Part shown: piece after piece, positions 1 through 9,826 of the stretch
How the letters are laid out: the number at the start of each line of letters is the position of its first letter
Numbering within the stretch: the stretch's first letter is position 1
NCBI GenBank assembly: GCA_023252095.1
Contig: JAHEXN010000002.1
Span: forward strand, 1-39,461
Direction: 5' to 3'
Origin: Actinomycetes bacterium
GTDB taxonomy: Bacteria > Actinomycetota > Actinomycetes > Propionibacteriales > Nocardioidaceae
DNA: 39,461 bases
Notes under the pieces: generated by a model
The model's database searches: none
Told to the model about the DNA's origin: nothing
What the model saw: only the letters and a program-made list of their open reading frames with translations
Translations under genes and position numbers: made by a program

Positions 1-528
1 TCGGTGCTCGCGACGCTCGGCCTCACCGTCCTGATCTTCCAGGAGGGCACGTTCGGGATCATGGACCCGCAACCCATCGTCAGCTTCATGCCGATCTTCC
101 TGATCGGCGTGGTGTTCGGCCTGGCGATGGACTACCAGGTGTTCCTGGTGACTCGCATCCGGGAGGCGTACGTGCACGGTGCGACGTATCGCGAGGCCGT
201 GGTCGACGGGTTCCGGAACAGCGCCCGTGTCGTCACCGCCGCGGCCCTGATCATGACGGCGGTGTTCTCCGGGTTCATCTTCATGGACGACCCGATCATC
301 AAGTCCATGGGCTTCGCGCTCGCGGCGGCGGTCGTGTTCGATGCCTTCATCATCCGCATGGTGCTGATCCCGGCGCTGATGTACCTGATGGGCGACAAGG
401 CCTGGTACTTGCCGAAGTGGCTCGACCGGATCCTGCCGAACGTCGACATCGAGGGTGAGAACCTGCACCGACCGCACCTGGCGCGGACGACCGACGAGAG
501 CACGGAGCGCGCGACGGCCGACGTCTGA
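1..528 (+). CDS. MMPL family transporter, C-terminal part (5' truncated by window edge)
   Basis: GVVFGLAMDYQVFLVTRIRE, SARVVTAAALIM and DAFIIRMVLIPALM...WYLPKWLDRILP are typical MmpL C-terminal motifs. Confidence 0.9.
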   Translation, partial: SVLATLGLTVLIFQEGTFGIMDPQPIVSFMPIFLIGVVFGLAMDYQVFLVTRIREAYVHGATYREAVVDGFRNSARVVTAAALIMTAVFSGFIFMDDPIIKSMGFALAAAVVFDAFIIRMVLIPALMYLMGDKAWYLPKWLDRILPNVDIEGENLHRPHLARTTDESTERATADV

Positions 529-572
529 GGCGTCGACGCGCGAGGCCGGTGCGCGGCGGCGATGTTGGAGGG

Positions 573-938
573 GTGCTGACCCTCTCCCGCGACGTCGCCG
601 CGCACCCCGACCGTGTCTGGCACCTGCTGACCGACCTGCAGGCGTGGCCGCTCTGGGGGCCGACCGTCAGGCGCGCCGAGATCGACGGTGAGTTCGTGAC
701 CGGCGCGATGGGTCGCGTCTGGCCAGCGGTCGGCCCGCCGCTGCCGTTCGAGCTCACGACCGTCGTGCCAGGCCGACGGTGGTCGTGGAAGGTCGCCGGC
801 GTGCCTGCCACGACCCACGCCGTGGAGGCGTCCGGCGCCGGCGCGCGCCTGAGCATGGGCGTCCCGGTCTGGGCGCCGGCGTACGTGCCGGTCGTGGCGC
901 TCGCGCTGCGCCGGATCGATCGGCTCGCCCGCGCGTGA
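573..938 (+). CDS. SRPBCC/polyketide cyclase-like family protein
   Basis: V.A.PDRVWHLLTDLQAWPLWGP N-terminal pattern; GTG at 573 chosen over 549 (start uncertain). Confidence 0.75.
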   Translation: MLTLSRDVAAHPDRVWHLLTDLQAWPLWGPTVRRAEIDGEFVTGAMGRVWPAVGPPLPFELTTVVPGRRWSWKVAGVPATTHAVEASGAGARLSMGVPVWAPAYVPVVALALRRIDRLARA

Positions 939-957
939 GGGCAGGACTGACGGGTAC
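935..957 (+). promoter_or_regulatory. SigB/F-type promoter motif GTGA-N13-GGGTAC (leaderless, ATG at 967)
   Basis: gtga gggcaggactgac gggtac; one of six copies with conserved spacing. Confidence 0.7.
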
Positions 958-966
958 CCCGCCGGC

Positions 967-1140
967 ATGACTCCCATCGACCCGAACCAGAAGGACCCGA
1001 AGGACTGGACACCGGAGGACGCACTGGCGGTCAACGCCGTGCCCGACGAGGTGCGGCTGCACGCCGATCCGTCCGAGACCGAGATCGCCCAGCGCAACGA
1101 CGGCGCGGTCGTCGACCCGGAGGAGGACGAGCAGCCCTAG
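967..1140 (+). CDS. small acidic hypothetical protein, 57 aa (MTPIDPNQKDPKDWTPEDALAVNAVPDEVRLHADPSETEIAQRNDGAVVDPEEDEQP); not in ORF track
   Basis: Open frame with GC3-rich codons, fills the intergenic gap, ATG 10 nt after GGGTA, stop shares CTAG with the convergent MBL gene. Confidence 0.7.
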   Translation: MTPIDPNQKDPKDWTPEDALAVNAVPDEVRLHADPSETEIAQRNDGAVVDPEEDEQP

Positions 1141-1745
1141 AGGTTGGCCTTCTCGGCGCCGATCGTGGTGTCGTCGCCGTGCCCCGTGTGCACGACGGTC
1201 TCGTCCGGGAGGGCGAACAGCTTGGCGCGGATCGAGGCCTCGATCGTGGGACGGTCGCTGAACGAGCGCCCCGTCGCGCCGGGACCGCCGTTGAACAGGG
1301 TGTCCCCGGTGAACACGACGCCCAGCTCGGGTGCGTGGAGGCACACGGCGCCAGGCGCGTGGCCGGGGGTGTGCAGCACCGTGAGGCTCGTGCCGGCGAC
1401 CTCGATCGAGAGCCCGTCGGACAGGTCGTGGTCCCAGATGATCGCGTCGCCGTGCGTGAGCTCCCAGACCGGACGGTCGTCGGGGTGCAGGTAGATCGGG
1501 GCGCCCGTGCGCTCGCGCAGCTCGGGAGCCACGCGGACGTGGTCGTCGTGCGCGTGCGTGCAGACGATCGCCGTCAGCGTGCGCTCACCGACGAGCGCGA
1601 GGATGTCATCGGCCGAGTGCGGGGCGTCGATCACGACGCACTCGGTGTCGTCGCCCACGACCCAGACGTTGTTGTCGACCTGGTGGGTCTCACCGTCGAG
1701 GCTGAAGATGCCGGCCGTGACGGCGTGGTCGATGCGGGCGGCCAT
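1137..1745 (-). CDS. MBL-fold metallo-hydrolase (Rv2260-like partner of mscR)
   Basis: THAHDDH, HTPGH, FTGDTLF and TGHG motifs; coupled to the mscR stop codon. Confidence 0.9.
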   Translation of the reverse strand: MAARIDHAVTAGIFSLDGETHQVDNNVWVVGDDTECVVIDAPHSADDILALVGERTLTAIVCTHAHDDHVRVAPELRERTGAPIYLHPDDRPVWELTHGDAIIWDHDLSDGLSIEVAGTSLTVLHTPGHAPGAVCLHAPELGVVFTGDTLFNGGPGATGRSFSDRPTIEASIRAKLFALPDETVVHTGHGDDTTIGAEKANL

Positions 1746-2845
1746 CAGAGCACCACGACCGATCGCAGGACGTCGCCGTGGTGCATGCGCTCGAACGCGG
1801 CCTCGACGCCGTCGATCGTGATCTCCTCGGTCACGAACGCGTCGAGGTCGAGGCGGCCCTGCTGGTAGAGGTCGACGAGCATCGGGAAGTCGCGGCTCGG
1901 CAGGCAGTCGCCGTACCAGCTGGACTTCAGCGATCCGCCGCGACCGAACACGTCGATCAGGGGCAGCTCGGGCACGGACATGTCGGGGGTGGGCACGCCC
2001 ACCAGGACGACGGTGCCGGCGAGGTCACGGGCGTAGAACGCCTGCTTCCACGTCTCGGGTCGGCCGACGGCCTCGATCACGATGTCGGCACCCTCGGCGC
2101 CCGGGTACGTCTGCGCGGCGATCTCCTTGATGGCCTCGACCGGGTCGACCTTCGAGGAGTCGACCGTGTGGGTCGCGCCGAGGCGCTTGGCGGTCTCGAG
2201 CTTCTTGGCGTCGATGTCGACCGCGATGATCGGGCTCGCACCGGACAGGGCCGCGCCCGCGACCGCGGCCACCCCGACGCCACCGCAGCCGATCACGGCG
2301 ACAGACCGGCCGCGCGTGGCGCCACCGGTGTTGATCGCGGCACCGATGCCGGCCATGACGCCACAGCCGAGCAGGCCCACCGCGGCGGGCCGGGCCGACG
2401 GGTCGACCTTGGTGCACTGGCCCGAGGCGACGAGCGTCTTCTCGGCGAACGCGCCGATGCCGAGCGCGGGGGACAGCTCCGTGCCGTCCTCGAGCGTCAT
2501 CTTCTGGGTCGCGTTGAACGTGGCGAAGCAGTACTGCGGCTCACCGCGGTTGCACGCGCGACAGTCGCCGCACACCGCACGCCAGTTCAGCACGACGAAG
2601 TCGCCCGGGGCGACGTCCGTGACGTCCGGTCCGACGGCCTCGACGATGCCGGCCGCCTCGTGCCCGAGCAGGAACGGGAACTCGTCGTTGATGCCGCCCT
2701 CGCGGTAGTGCAGGTCGGTGTGGCAGACGCCGCAGGCCTGCACCTGCACGACGGCTTCTCCGGGTCCGGGGTCCGGCACGTTGATCGTGACGAGCTCGAC
2801 CGGAGCCCCCTTCGCGCGGGCGATGACGGCCTTGACCTGCTGCAT
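1745..2845 (-). CDS. mscR: S-(hydroxymethyl)mycothiol dehydrogenase / S-nitrosomycothiol reductase
   Basis: [54 protein letters not shown]; start ATG 2845 preceded by GAAGGG. Confidence 0.92.
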   Translation of the reverse strand: MQQVKAVIARAKGAPVELVTINVPDPGPGEAVVQVQACGVCHTDLHYREGGINDEFPFLLGHEAAGIVEAVGPDVTDVAPGDFVVLNWRAVCGDCRACNRGEPQYCFATFNATQKMTLEDGTELSPALGIGAFAEKTLVASGQCTKVDPSARPAAVGLLGCGVMAGIGAAINTGGATRGRSVAVIGCGGVGVAAVAGAALSGASPIIAVDIDAKKLETAKRLGATHTVDSSKVDPVEAIKEIAAQTYPGAEGADIVIEAVGRPETWKQAFYARDLAGTVVLVGVPTPDMSVPELPLIDVFGRGGSLKSSWYGDCLPSRDFPMLVDLYQQGRLDLDAFVTEEITIDGVEAAFERMHHGDVLRSVVVL

Positions 2846-2874
2846 GCGGAACACCCTTCGTCGACTGCTTCGGG

Positions 2875-3660
2875 TCAGTCTGTCAGCCGGGGGTAGACGG
2901 CTGGCGTGCCGGTGACCGGGTCCGGTGAGACGACGCACGGAAGCTCGAAGACCTGCTCGACGAGCTCCGCGGTCAGGACGTCGGCGGGCGCTCCGGTCGT
3001 GACGATCGCACCGTCCTTCATGACGATCAGGTGATCGGCGTAGCGCGCGGCTTGGTGGAGGTCGTGCAGGACCGCCACGATCGTCTTCTGCTGGTCGTGC
3101 AGCGACCTCAGCAGCTCCAGCACCTGGTACTGGTGCGCGATGTCGAGGAACGTCGTGGGCTCGTCGAGCAGCATGATGGGCGTCTGCTGGGCCAGCAGCA
3201 TCGCGATCCACACGCGTTGACGTTGCCCACCGGAGAGCTCGTCGACGTGGCGTCCGGAGAGCTCGGCGACCTGCGTCGCGGCCATCGCGTCGGCCACCGC
3301 GCTCTCGTCCTCGGCACGCCACTGCTGAATGAGCGACTGGTGAGGGCCGCGTCCCCGCGCGACCAGATCGGCGACGCGGATGCCGTCCGGTGCCAGCGAG
3401 GTCTGGGGCAGCAGGCCCAGACGGCGGGCGACCTCCTTGGACCGGTACTCCCGGATCGCGCGACCGTCGAGCACGACCTCGCCCGCCGTGGGCGACAGGA
3501 CGCGGGCGAGCGTGCGGAGCAGGGTCGACTTGCCGCACGCGTTGGGGCCGATGATCGCGGTGAACGACCCGTCGGGCACCTCGACCGTGAGGCCGGTCGA
3601 GATCGTGCGGCCGTCGTAGCCGATCGTCACCCCGTGGGCGGCGAGGCGGGGGAGGGTCAT
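2875..3660 (-). CDS. fepC: iron-siderophore ABC transporter ATP-binding protein (FepC-like)
   Basis: GPNACGKST Walker [19 protein letters not shown]; start MTLPRL overlaps the upstream stop. Confidence 0.88.
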   Translation of the reverse strand: MTLPRLAAHGVTIGYDGRTISTGLTVEVPDGSFTAIIGPNACGKSTLLRTLARVLSPTAGEVVLDGRAIREYRSKEVARRLGLLPQTSLAPDGIRVADLVARGRGPHQSLIQQWRAEDESAVADAMAATQVAELSGRHVDELSGGQRQRVWIAMLLAQQTPIMLLDEPTTFLDIAHQYQVLELLRSLHDQQKTIVAVLHDLHQAARYADHLIVMKDGAIVTTGAPADVLTAELVEQVFELPCVVSPDPVTGTPAVYPRLTD

Positions 3661-4739
3661 GACGTCCTTTCGTGCCGGCGCGACTCGCGCACGAGCAGCC
3701 AGATGAGGTAGGTGCCGCCGAGGCAGACCGTGATTAGGCCGACCGGGATCGTGCGGTAGAGCTCGGCGACGACCAGCGTCAGCAGCTGAGCCGACATCAG
3801 CAGTGCGGCACCCATCGCGGCGGCCGACAGGAGGCTGACGCCGGGGGAGTGCGTCAGTCGACGCGCCAGCTGGGGTGCCACGAGGGCCACGAAACCGAGC
3901 GGGCCGGCGGCGGCCGTGACCAGGGCCGTCGCGGCCACGCCGACCACGATCAGCGCCAGCCGGGCGGCACCGACCCGGGTGCCGTGGGTCACGGCCAGGT
4001 CGTCGCCGAGCTCGAGGCGTTGCAGGGAGGGTGCGAGCAGGGCGCTCACGACGCAGATGCCCGCGAAGGCGGCCAGGGCGGGCAGCATGCTCTCCCACGT
4101 CACGCGGCTGAGCGATCCGGCGCCCCAGAACCCGACGGCCATCGCGTCGCCGACGTCGGCGCGCGTGACGAGGTAGCTGTTGACCGAGCCGAGCATCGCC
4201 GAGACGCCGATCCCAACAATGATGAGGCGGAAGCCCTGTACGCCGTCGCGGAACGACAGCAGGTACACGACGACGGCGGTCGCGATGCCGCCGAGCGCCG
4301 CCGCGCCGGCGAGCGTCCAGTAGTCGCGGGCGCCCAGGGCGAGGATCGCGACGACGACGGCGGTGTAGGAGCCGGCGTCGAAGCCGATGACGTCGGGGGA
4401 GCCGAGCGGGTTGCGCGTCAGCGACTGGAAGATCGCCCCGCCGATGCCGAGGGCCGCCCCGAGGACGATCGCAGCCAGGACGATCGGCAGACGCCACTCG
4501 AGCACGACCGTGCGGACGAACGCCTCGCCACCGCCCGTGACGGCGCGGACGACCTCGGTCGGGCTCACCGGGTACTCGCCGACCCCGAGCGCCACGACGC
4601 CCAGGACGACGGCGAGGGCCACGAGGCCACCGGACACCGCCACGATCCGCACCGGGACACGGGCGGAGAAGCGCCGCGACCGCACGGTGCGGGTGGTGCG
4701 ACCGAAGTCGATCGCCCCGCCCGCTGCTCCCTCGCTCAC
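3657..4739 (-). CDS. fepG: iron-siderophore ABC permease (FepG-like, FecCD family)
   Basis: [35 protein letters not shown]; GTGA overlap with the fepD stop. Confidence 0.85.
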   Translation of the reverse strand: MSEGAAGGAIDFGRTTRTVRSRRFSARVPVRIVAVSGGLVALAVVLGVVALGVGEYPVSPTEVVRAVTGGGEAFVRTVVLEWRLPIVLAAIVLGAALGIGGAIFQSLTRNPLGSPDVIGFDAGSYTAVVVAILALGARDYWTLAGAAALGGIATAVVVYLLSFRDGVQGFRLIIVGIGVSAMLGSVNSYLVTRADVGDAMAVGFWGAGSLSRVTWESMLPALAAFAGICVVSALLAPSLQRLELGDDLAVTHGTRVGAARLALIVVGVAATALVTAAAGPLGFVALVAPQLARRLTHSPGVSLLSAAAMGAALLMSAQLLTLVVAELYRTIPVGLITVCLGGTYLIWLLVRESRRHERTS

Positions 4740-5785
4740 AGCCCGCTCGCCCGCGAACGGCGCACCAGCATGATCAGCACGGGGGCGCCGACGAGTGCCG
4801 TGACGATGCCGACCTCGATCTCGCCGGGCCGGGCGACGACGCGGCCGAGGACGTCCGCGAGCAGGACCAGGACGGCGGCGGCGAGCGCGGAGTAGGCGAT
4901 GACCCACCGTTGGTCGGGACCGGTGAACCAGCGCACGAGGTGCGGCACCATGAGCCCGACGAAACCGATGCCCCCGGTCAGGGCCGTGCCTCCACCGGCC
5001 AGGAGCGTCACGGCGACGATGCCGAGCACGCGGGTGCGGGCGACGTTCGTGCCGAGGGACCGGGCGAGGTCGTCGCCGAGGGCCACGTCGTTCAGCGCGC
5101 GCGCCAGCACGAGCGCCAGCACGAGGCCCCCCGCCAGGAAGGGCAGCACCTGCCACGTGTCGGTCAGTGCGGTGTCGTTGATCGAACCGACGCCCCAGCG
5201 CCGCAGCCGCGTGAACGTCTCCGGGTCGATCAGCTGGAGGAACGTGCCCACTCCGTCCAGCACGGCCGCGAGCGCGACACCGGCGAGCACGAGCGTGATG
5301 GGGGAGATCGAGCCACCGCTCGATGCGCCGATCGCGTAGACCAGGAGGGTCGCGAGGGCCGCGCCGACGAAGGCGAACCACACGTAGCCCTGGGCGCTCG
5401 TGACTCCGAAGAGGCCGACCCCGAGCGTCACCGCGAAGCCGGCTCCCGCGTTGACGCCGAGGATGCCGGGGTCCGCGAGCGGGTTGCGGGTCAAGGCCTG
5501 CACGAGCGCGCCGGCGACACCGAACGCCGCGCCGGCGGCGAGGCCGACGACCGTCCGGGGGATGCGCAGCGTCCACACCAGGACCGACGCCTCGCTGTCG
5601 TCGTGGGCCCGCAGGCCGGTCCACACCGCGCCCGGCGACAGCGGGTTCGTGCCGAGCGCAAGGCTGAGCAGCACGGCCACGAGGAGGGCTCCCAGGATCG
5701 CGACGAGGCCGAGCGTGCGTCGACGCGACCGCGTCCCGTGCGGGGTCGTCCGCGGCGGGGCCGAGACGGTCGTCCTCGTGGTCAT
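4736..5785 (-). CDS. fepD: iron-siderophore ABC permease (FepD-like, FecCD family)
   Basis: LRIPRT, QALTRNPLADPGILGVNAGA, GFVGLMVPH. Confidence 0.88.
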   Translation of the reverse strand: MTTRTTVSAPPRTTPHGTRSRRRTLGLVAILGALLVAVLLSLALGTNPLSPGAVWTGLRAHDDSEASVLVWTLRIPRTVVGLAAGAAFGVAGALVQALTRNPLADPGILGVNAGAGFAVTLGVGLFGVTSAQGYVWFAFVGAALATLLVYAIGASSGGSISPITLVLAGVALAAVLDGVGTFLQLIDPETFTRLRRWGVGSINDTALTDTWQVLPFLAGGLVLALVLARALNDVALGDDLARSLGTNVARTRVLGIVAVTLLAGGGTALTGGIGFVGLMVPHLVRWFTGPDQRWVIAYSALAAAVLVLLADVLGRVVARPGEIEVGIVTALVGAPVLIMLVRRSRASGL

Positions 5786-5866
5786 GGATCCCTTGTCGCC
5801 CGTGGCCGCCGGGTGCCGGTCGGCACCGGCAGGATCCCATGCGCCCCGTTCGACCGAGCATGTGGG

Positions 5867-5890
5867 TATGGTGAGGCTGCCCTCACCTAC
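5867..5890. promoter_or_regulatory. IdeR/DtxR-type iron box (two overlapping 19-mers)
   Basis: TATGGTGAGGCTGCCCTCA (14/19 to TWAGGTWAGSCTWACCTWA) and TGAGGCTGCCCTCACCTAC (13/19), between divergent siderophore-uptake genes. Confidence 0.75.
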
Positions 5891-5918
5891 GATCCGCTGT
5901 CCTGCAGGAGTTCACGTG

Positions 5919-6848
5919 ATGTTCCGCCCCCGCCCGCTGCTGGCCGCCCTGCTCCTCGTCACCGGCCTCGCGGCGTGTGGATCGAGCGACGAAGCTGGCG
6001 ACGGTCCGACCATCGCGGTCGAGCACAAGTTCGGGACCACCCAGGTGCCGGAGGACGCCGAGCGCGTCGTCACGACCGGCTGGAACGACCAGGACTTCGT
6101 CCTCGCGCTGGGGATCGTCCCGGTCGCGACGCGGGAATGGTTCGAGGAGTACGACGAGTACCCGTGGGTGACCGAGGTGACCGGGGGCGACGAGATCCCC
6201 GTGCTCGACGGTGACGACATCAACTTCGAGGCGATCGCCGCCGCGAAGCCGGACGTCATCTTCGCGATCTACGAGTCGATCGACAAGCGGACGTACGAGC
6301 GGCTCTCGGAGATCGCACCGACCGTCATCCAGTCCGACGAGTACGAGGACGAGTCGACCCCCTGGGACGTGCAGCTGCGGACCACCGCCACGGCGCTCGG
6401 CAAGGAGGCCGAGGCGGAGGCGTTGATCGGCGAGGTCCAGGCAAAGATCGACGAGACGGTCCAGGCGCACCCCGAGTTCGCCGGCAAGGTCGTGGTCGAG
6501 GACTACGGCCCCGAGGACGGCGGGCACTACCTGATCGGGGAGGGCGACCCGCGTCGCGCGATCTTCGACGCGCTCGGCTTCGCGGCGCAGGAGACGGTCG
6601 GCGACGTGAGCGAGGAGCGCCTGGACCTGCTCGACCGGGACGTGCTGTTCGTGCTCGGCGCGACCGAGGAGCAGATGCTCGAGTCGCCTGTGTTCGCGCG
6701 GCTGGGCGTCGTACAGGAGGGCCGGACGGTCTACTCGACCTGGGAGTCGACCCTGACCGGAGCGTTGTCCTACAGCGGCCCCCGCGCCCTGCTCTACGCG
6801 CTCGACGAGCTCGTGCCCGCCCTGGCGGCAGCCACGGCCCCTCGCTGA
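5919..6848 (+). CDS. iron-siderophore ABC substrate-binding lipoprotein
   Basis: Lipobox LAAC, HKFGTT.VP..ERVV, NFEAIAAAKPDVI, YERLSEIAPT; AGGAG SD (GTG 5916 is an alternative start). Confidence 0.88.
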   Translation: MFRPRPLLAALLLVTGLAACGSSDEAGDGPTIAVEHKFGTTQVPEDAERVVTTGWNDQDFVLALGIVPVATREWFEEYDEYPWVTEVTGGDEIPVLDGDDINFEAIAAAKPDVIFAIYESIDKRTYERLSEIAPTVIQSDEYEDESTPWDVQLRTTATALGKEAEAEALIGEVQAKIDETVQAHPEFAGKVVVEDYGPEDGGHYLIGEGDPRRAIFDALGFAAQETVGDVSEERLDLLDRDVLFVLGATEEQMLESPVFARLGVVQEGRTVYSTWESTLTGALSYSGPRALLYALDELVPALAAATAPR

Positions 6849-6855
6849 GTCGCGC

Positions 6856-6878
6856 ATGGTCCCGGGCGGAGCGGGTAC
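6856..6878 (+). promoter_or_regulatory. SigB/F-type promoter motif ATGG-N13-GGGTAC
   Basis: atgg tcccgggcggagc gggtac upstream of the three-gene membrane stress operon. Confidence 0.65.
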
Positions 6879-6931
6879 GCGCCCAGGGAGCCGGTGGACA
6901 GTCGGTCCACCGCGTCATTCCTGGAGGAACC

Positions 6932-7294
6932 ATGCTGAGGAAGACCACGATCCTGGCGGCTGCCGGCATCGGCTACGTGCTCGGCACCCGCGCCGGCCGT
7001 GAGCGGTACGAGCAGATCGTGTCCGCGTTCAACGGTGTGAGGTCGAACCCGCAGGTGCAGAAGGCCGCCGCCCAAGCCCAGGACTACGCCGCCCAGCAGG
7101 CGCCGGTCGTCAAGGAGAAGGCCCAGGAGGCCGCCGCGAAGGCGAGCGACAAGGTCAGGGACGTCATCTCCTCTGACGAGGAGTCGACGCCGGACACGTC
7201 GGTGCCCGGCGCCCCGAGCGGCGAGACCCCGAAGACGCACGGCGATCCACTCCCGGGCACGCCCGAGAATCCGGTGCAGGCCGACCATGCCTGA
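6932..7294 (+). CDS. YtxH-like membrane-anchored hypothetical protein
   Basis: AAGIGYVLGTRAGRERYEQI actinobacterial motif followed by an Ala/Gln/Lys-rich helix; GGAGGA SD. Confidence 0.75.
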   Translation: MLRKTTILAAAGIGYVLGTRAGRERYEQIVSAFNGVRSNPQVQKAAAQAQDYAAQQAPVVKEKAQEAAAKASDKVRDVISSDEESTPDTSVPGAPSGETPKTHGDPLPGTPENPVQADHA

Positions 7295-7679
7295 GCGCGA
7301 CGGGCGGCAGGAAGCGACGGTCGGCGAGCTCGTCGTCCAGCTCACGGAGCAGACCAGCCGGCTCGTGCACGACGAGGTCGAGCTGGCCAAGGCCGAGATC
7401 CGTGAGAGCGTCCGGCACGCCGGCATCGGTGCCGGTCTGTTCGGTGCCACCGGACTGCTGGCCGTGCTGGGCCTCGGCACGCTGGTCGCCGCGGCTGTCG
7501 CGGGGTTCGCTCTCGTCGTCGACGTGTGGCTCGCGGCGCTCATCGTCGCGGCGATCCTGTTCGTCGTTGCCGGCGTCGGCGCACTGCTGGGCGTGAAGCA
7601 GGTCAAGGAGGTCGGGCCGCCGCACACGGCCGAGAACGTCAAGAAGGACATTGCCGCAGCCAAGGGGGAGCACGCATGA
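7287..7679 (+). CDS. actinobacterial holin-X (phage_holin_3_6-like) membrane protein
   Basis: TVGELV..LTEQTSRLVHDEVELAKAE followed by two TM helices. Confidence 0.82.
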   Translation: MPERDGRQEATVGELVVQLTEQTSRLVHDEVELAKAEIRESVRHAGIGAGLFGATGLLAVLGLGTLVAAAVAGFALVVDVWLAALIVAAILFVVAGVGALLGVKQVKEVGPPHTAENVKKDIAAAKGEHA

Positions 7680-7903
7680 GCACCAACGAGCGTCCCGGAC
7701 CGGGAGCATCGGCGAAGCAGATCGAGGCCGACATCGAGCGGACCCGGGATCAGCTGGCCGACACGATCGACGAGCTCGGCGACCGTCTCGCTCCGGCCCA
7801 CGTGGCGGCACAGGCCAGGGACGGCGTCCTCGCACGCTGGCCGCAGCTCACGGTCCTGGCCGTCACCACGGTGGCGATCGTCGTCGCATGGCGACGCCTC
7901 TGA
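7676..7903 (+). CDS. DUF3618 domain protein
   Basis: IEADIERTRDQLADTIDELGDRLAP plus C-terminal TM segment; ATGA overlap with upstream gene. Confidence 0.82.
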   Translation: MSTNERPGPGASAKQIEADIERTRDQLADTIDELGDRLAPAHVAAQARDGVLARWPQLTVLAVTTVAIVVAWRRL

Positions 7904-7906
7904 CCC

Positions 7907-8827
7907 TCAGCCGATGGCGCCGCGACGCACGTGCGACGGGGCGCCACCCCGGACCCGCTTGTACGCCGTGCTGAATGCGCTCTCCGAGGCGTAGCCCAGG
8001 CGCCGTCCGATCGCGGCGACGCTCTCGTCGCCGCGCAGCAGGTCCTGGGTCGCGATCTCCATCCGCCAGCCCACGAGGTACTCGATCGGACCCGACCCGA
8101 CCACCGTTCGGAACCGCTCCGAGAGCGTTGATCGCGAGACCGCGCACGTGCGGGCCAGCTCGGCTACGGTCCATCGCCGAGCAGGGTCGCCGTGAAGCGC
8201 CGTGAGTGCGCGGCCCACGACGGGATCCGCCAGGCCGCGCAGCCACCCCGGTGGTGTCCCAGGCCCCTGGGCGAGGTGCCAGCGAAGCATCCGGACCAGC
8301 ATCACGACCGCGAGGTGCTCGACGACCGCGGTCGAGCCTGGCAGGTCTTCCCGTACCTCGCGGGCGACCGTGGCCAGCACCTCGGCGATCGAGGCGGCCT
8401 CCGGCGCGCCCGCCGGGACGTGGAGCACGGGAGGCAGCGCGTCGAGGAGGCGCGCGGCCGGGGCGGAGAAGCTGAAGCCGCCGCCGACGGCCACGAACGA
8501 CGCGTCGACATCCGCGGTGCCGTGGCGCGCGACGCCGGCGACCTGGTGGCTGAACACCGACGACGCGAGGACGGCGGGCGCCGTGAGGTCGCTCGCCAGG
8601 ACGAATGCCGTCGACCGGGTCAGGAGGAAGCAGTCGCCGGGCTGAACGCGGACTGGTTCCGGCACGCCCTCAACGGTCAGCAGGCACGAGCCGGTCAGGA
8701 CGACGTTGAACTTCACGCCGTCGGGCGCCTCGAAGAGGATCCGCCACGGGTCGGCGGCGACCTCCAGACGACTCGACACGTGACTTCGCGTCGCGAGGTG
8801 GTCGAGGACGTCGGTCAAGGGATCCAC
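7907..8827 (-). CDS. AraC family transcriptional regulator with N-terminal cupin domain
   Basis: DPLTDVL N-terminus, WTVAELA..SRSTLSERF, LGYASESAFSTAYKR; GTG start 6 nt after CAGAAT. Confidence 0.88.
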   Translation of the reverse strand: MDPLTDVLDHLATRSHVSSRLEVAADPWRILFEAPDGVKFNVVLTGSCLLTVEGVPEPVRVQPGDCFLLTRSTAFVLASDLTAPAVLASSVFSHQVAGVARHGTADVDASFVAVGGGFSFSAPAARLLDALPPVLHVPAGAPEAASIAEVLATVAREVREDLPGSTAVVEHLAVVMLVRMLRWHLAQGPGTPPGWLRGLADPVVGRALTALHGDPARRWTVAELARTCAVSRSTLSERFRTVVGSGPIEYLVGWRMEIATQDLLRGDESVAAIGRRLGYASESAFSTAYKRVRGGAPSHVRRGAIG

Positions 8828-8838
8828 GGACCCATTCT

Positions 8839-8870
8839 GGACGGTCGCGCAAGAAATCCGGACGTCGCGT
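8839..8870. promoter_or_regulatory. putative AraC direct-repeat site (GGACG(G)TCGCG twice, 21-bp period)
   Basis: ggacggtcgcg at 8839 and ggacgtcgcg at 8860, between divergent araC and SDR genes. Confidence 0.5.
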
Positions 8871-8908
8871 GATTCTGTGTCCGCCAGGAGCGCCGTAGCG
8901 TCGAGGAC

Positions 8909-9826
8909 ATGACGCAGCAGCCTGTGACCACGCCGTTCACCGCCCGCACGACGGCGACCGAGATCCTCGACGGCATCGACCTGGAGGGCCGACGGGTGCT
9001 GGTGACGGGCGGAGGGTCGGGACTCGGTGTCGAGACAGTCAGGGCCCTGGCGGGCGCCGGTGCCGACGTGACCGCCGCGGTGCGTCGTCGCCCGGACGTC
9101 GCGATCGACGGCGTGCGGTACCTCGACCTCGACCTTGCCGATCTCGCTTCGGTGCACCGTCTCGCGCGGGACTGGGAGGGGCCGCTTCACGCCTTCGTGG
9201 CGAACGCGGGTGTCATGGCGGTGCCGGAGCGTCGCCTGACCCCGGAAGGCTGGGAGCTGCACCTCGCGACCAACTTCCTCGGCCACTTCGCGCTCGCCTC
9301 CGGCCTGCACGCCCGCCTCGCGGAGGCGGGCGGGGCGCGCGTCGTCGTGGTCAGCTCCGGCGCCCACCGGGGGTCTCCGGTCGACCTCGACGACCTGCAC
9401 TTCGACCGGCGTCCGTACGACCCGTGGACGGCGTACGGACAGTCGAAGTCCGCGGACGTCCTGCTCGCGGTCGGGGCCACTCGGTGGTGGGCCGACGACG
9501 GCATCGTCGCGAATGCGTTGAATCCGGGCTACATCCTCACCGCGCTGCAGCGCCACGTCGACGACGACACGATGCGTGCCTTTGGGGCGATGGACGAGGC
9601 CGGCAACGTGATCGAGCCCGACTACTACAAGTCGCCCGCGCAGGGGGCGGCAACGGCGGTGCTGCTCGCGGCCTCGCCACTCGTCGAGGGCGTCGGTGGC
9701 CGCTACTTCGAGGACAACCAGGAAGCCGCGGTCACGGTCGCCGGCGACCACGGCGTGGCATCGCACGCCGTGGACCCGGAGACCGCCGAGCGGCTCTGGC
9801 AGGTGGCCGTCAGATCCGTTCGATGA
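8909..9826 (+). CDS. SDR family oxidoreductase (retinol dehydrogenase/WWOX-like)
   Basis: TGGGSGLG, NAGVM, TNFLGHF, YGQSK; leaderless start after TAGCGT. Confidence 0.9.
   Translation: MTQQPVTTPFTARTTATEILDGIDLEGRRVLVTGGGSGLGVETVRALAGAGADVTAAVRRRPDVAIDGVRYLDLDLADLASVHRLARDWEGPLHAFVANAGVMAVPERRLTPEGWELHLATNFLGHFALASGLHARLAEAGGARVVVVSSGAHRGSPVDLDDLHFDRRPYDPWTAYGQSKSADVLLAVGATRWWADDGIVANALNPGYILTALQRHVDDDTMRAFGAMDEAGNVIEPDYYKSPAQGAATAVLLAASPLVEGVGGRYFEDNQEAAVTVAGDHGVASHAVDPETAERLWQVAVRSVR

Noticed and set aside
1745-5861. Long N-terminal extensions in the ORF track for mscR, fepC and fepG (also the AraC and talarate/galactarate dehydratase ORFs)
   Set aside because: They overlap upstream genes in other frames; true starts are supported by SD or leaderless signals and family N-termini
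7287-7679. Holin-like gene as evidence of a prophage
   Set aside because: No endolysin, integrase or structural genes; this family is normally chromosomal beside DUF3618
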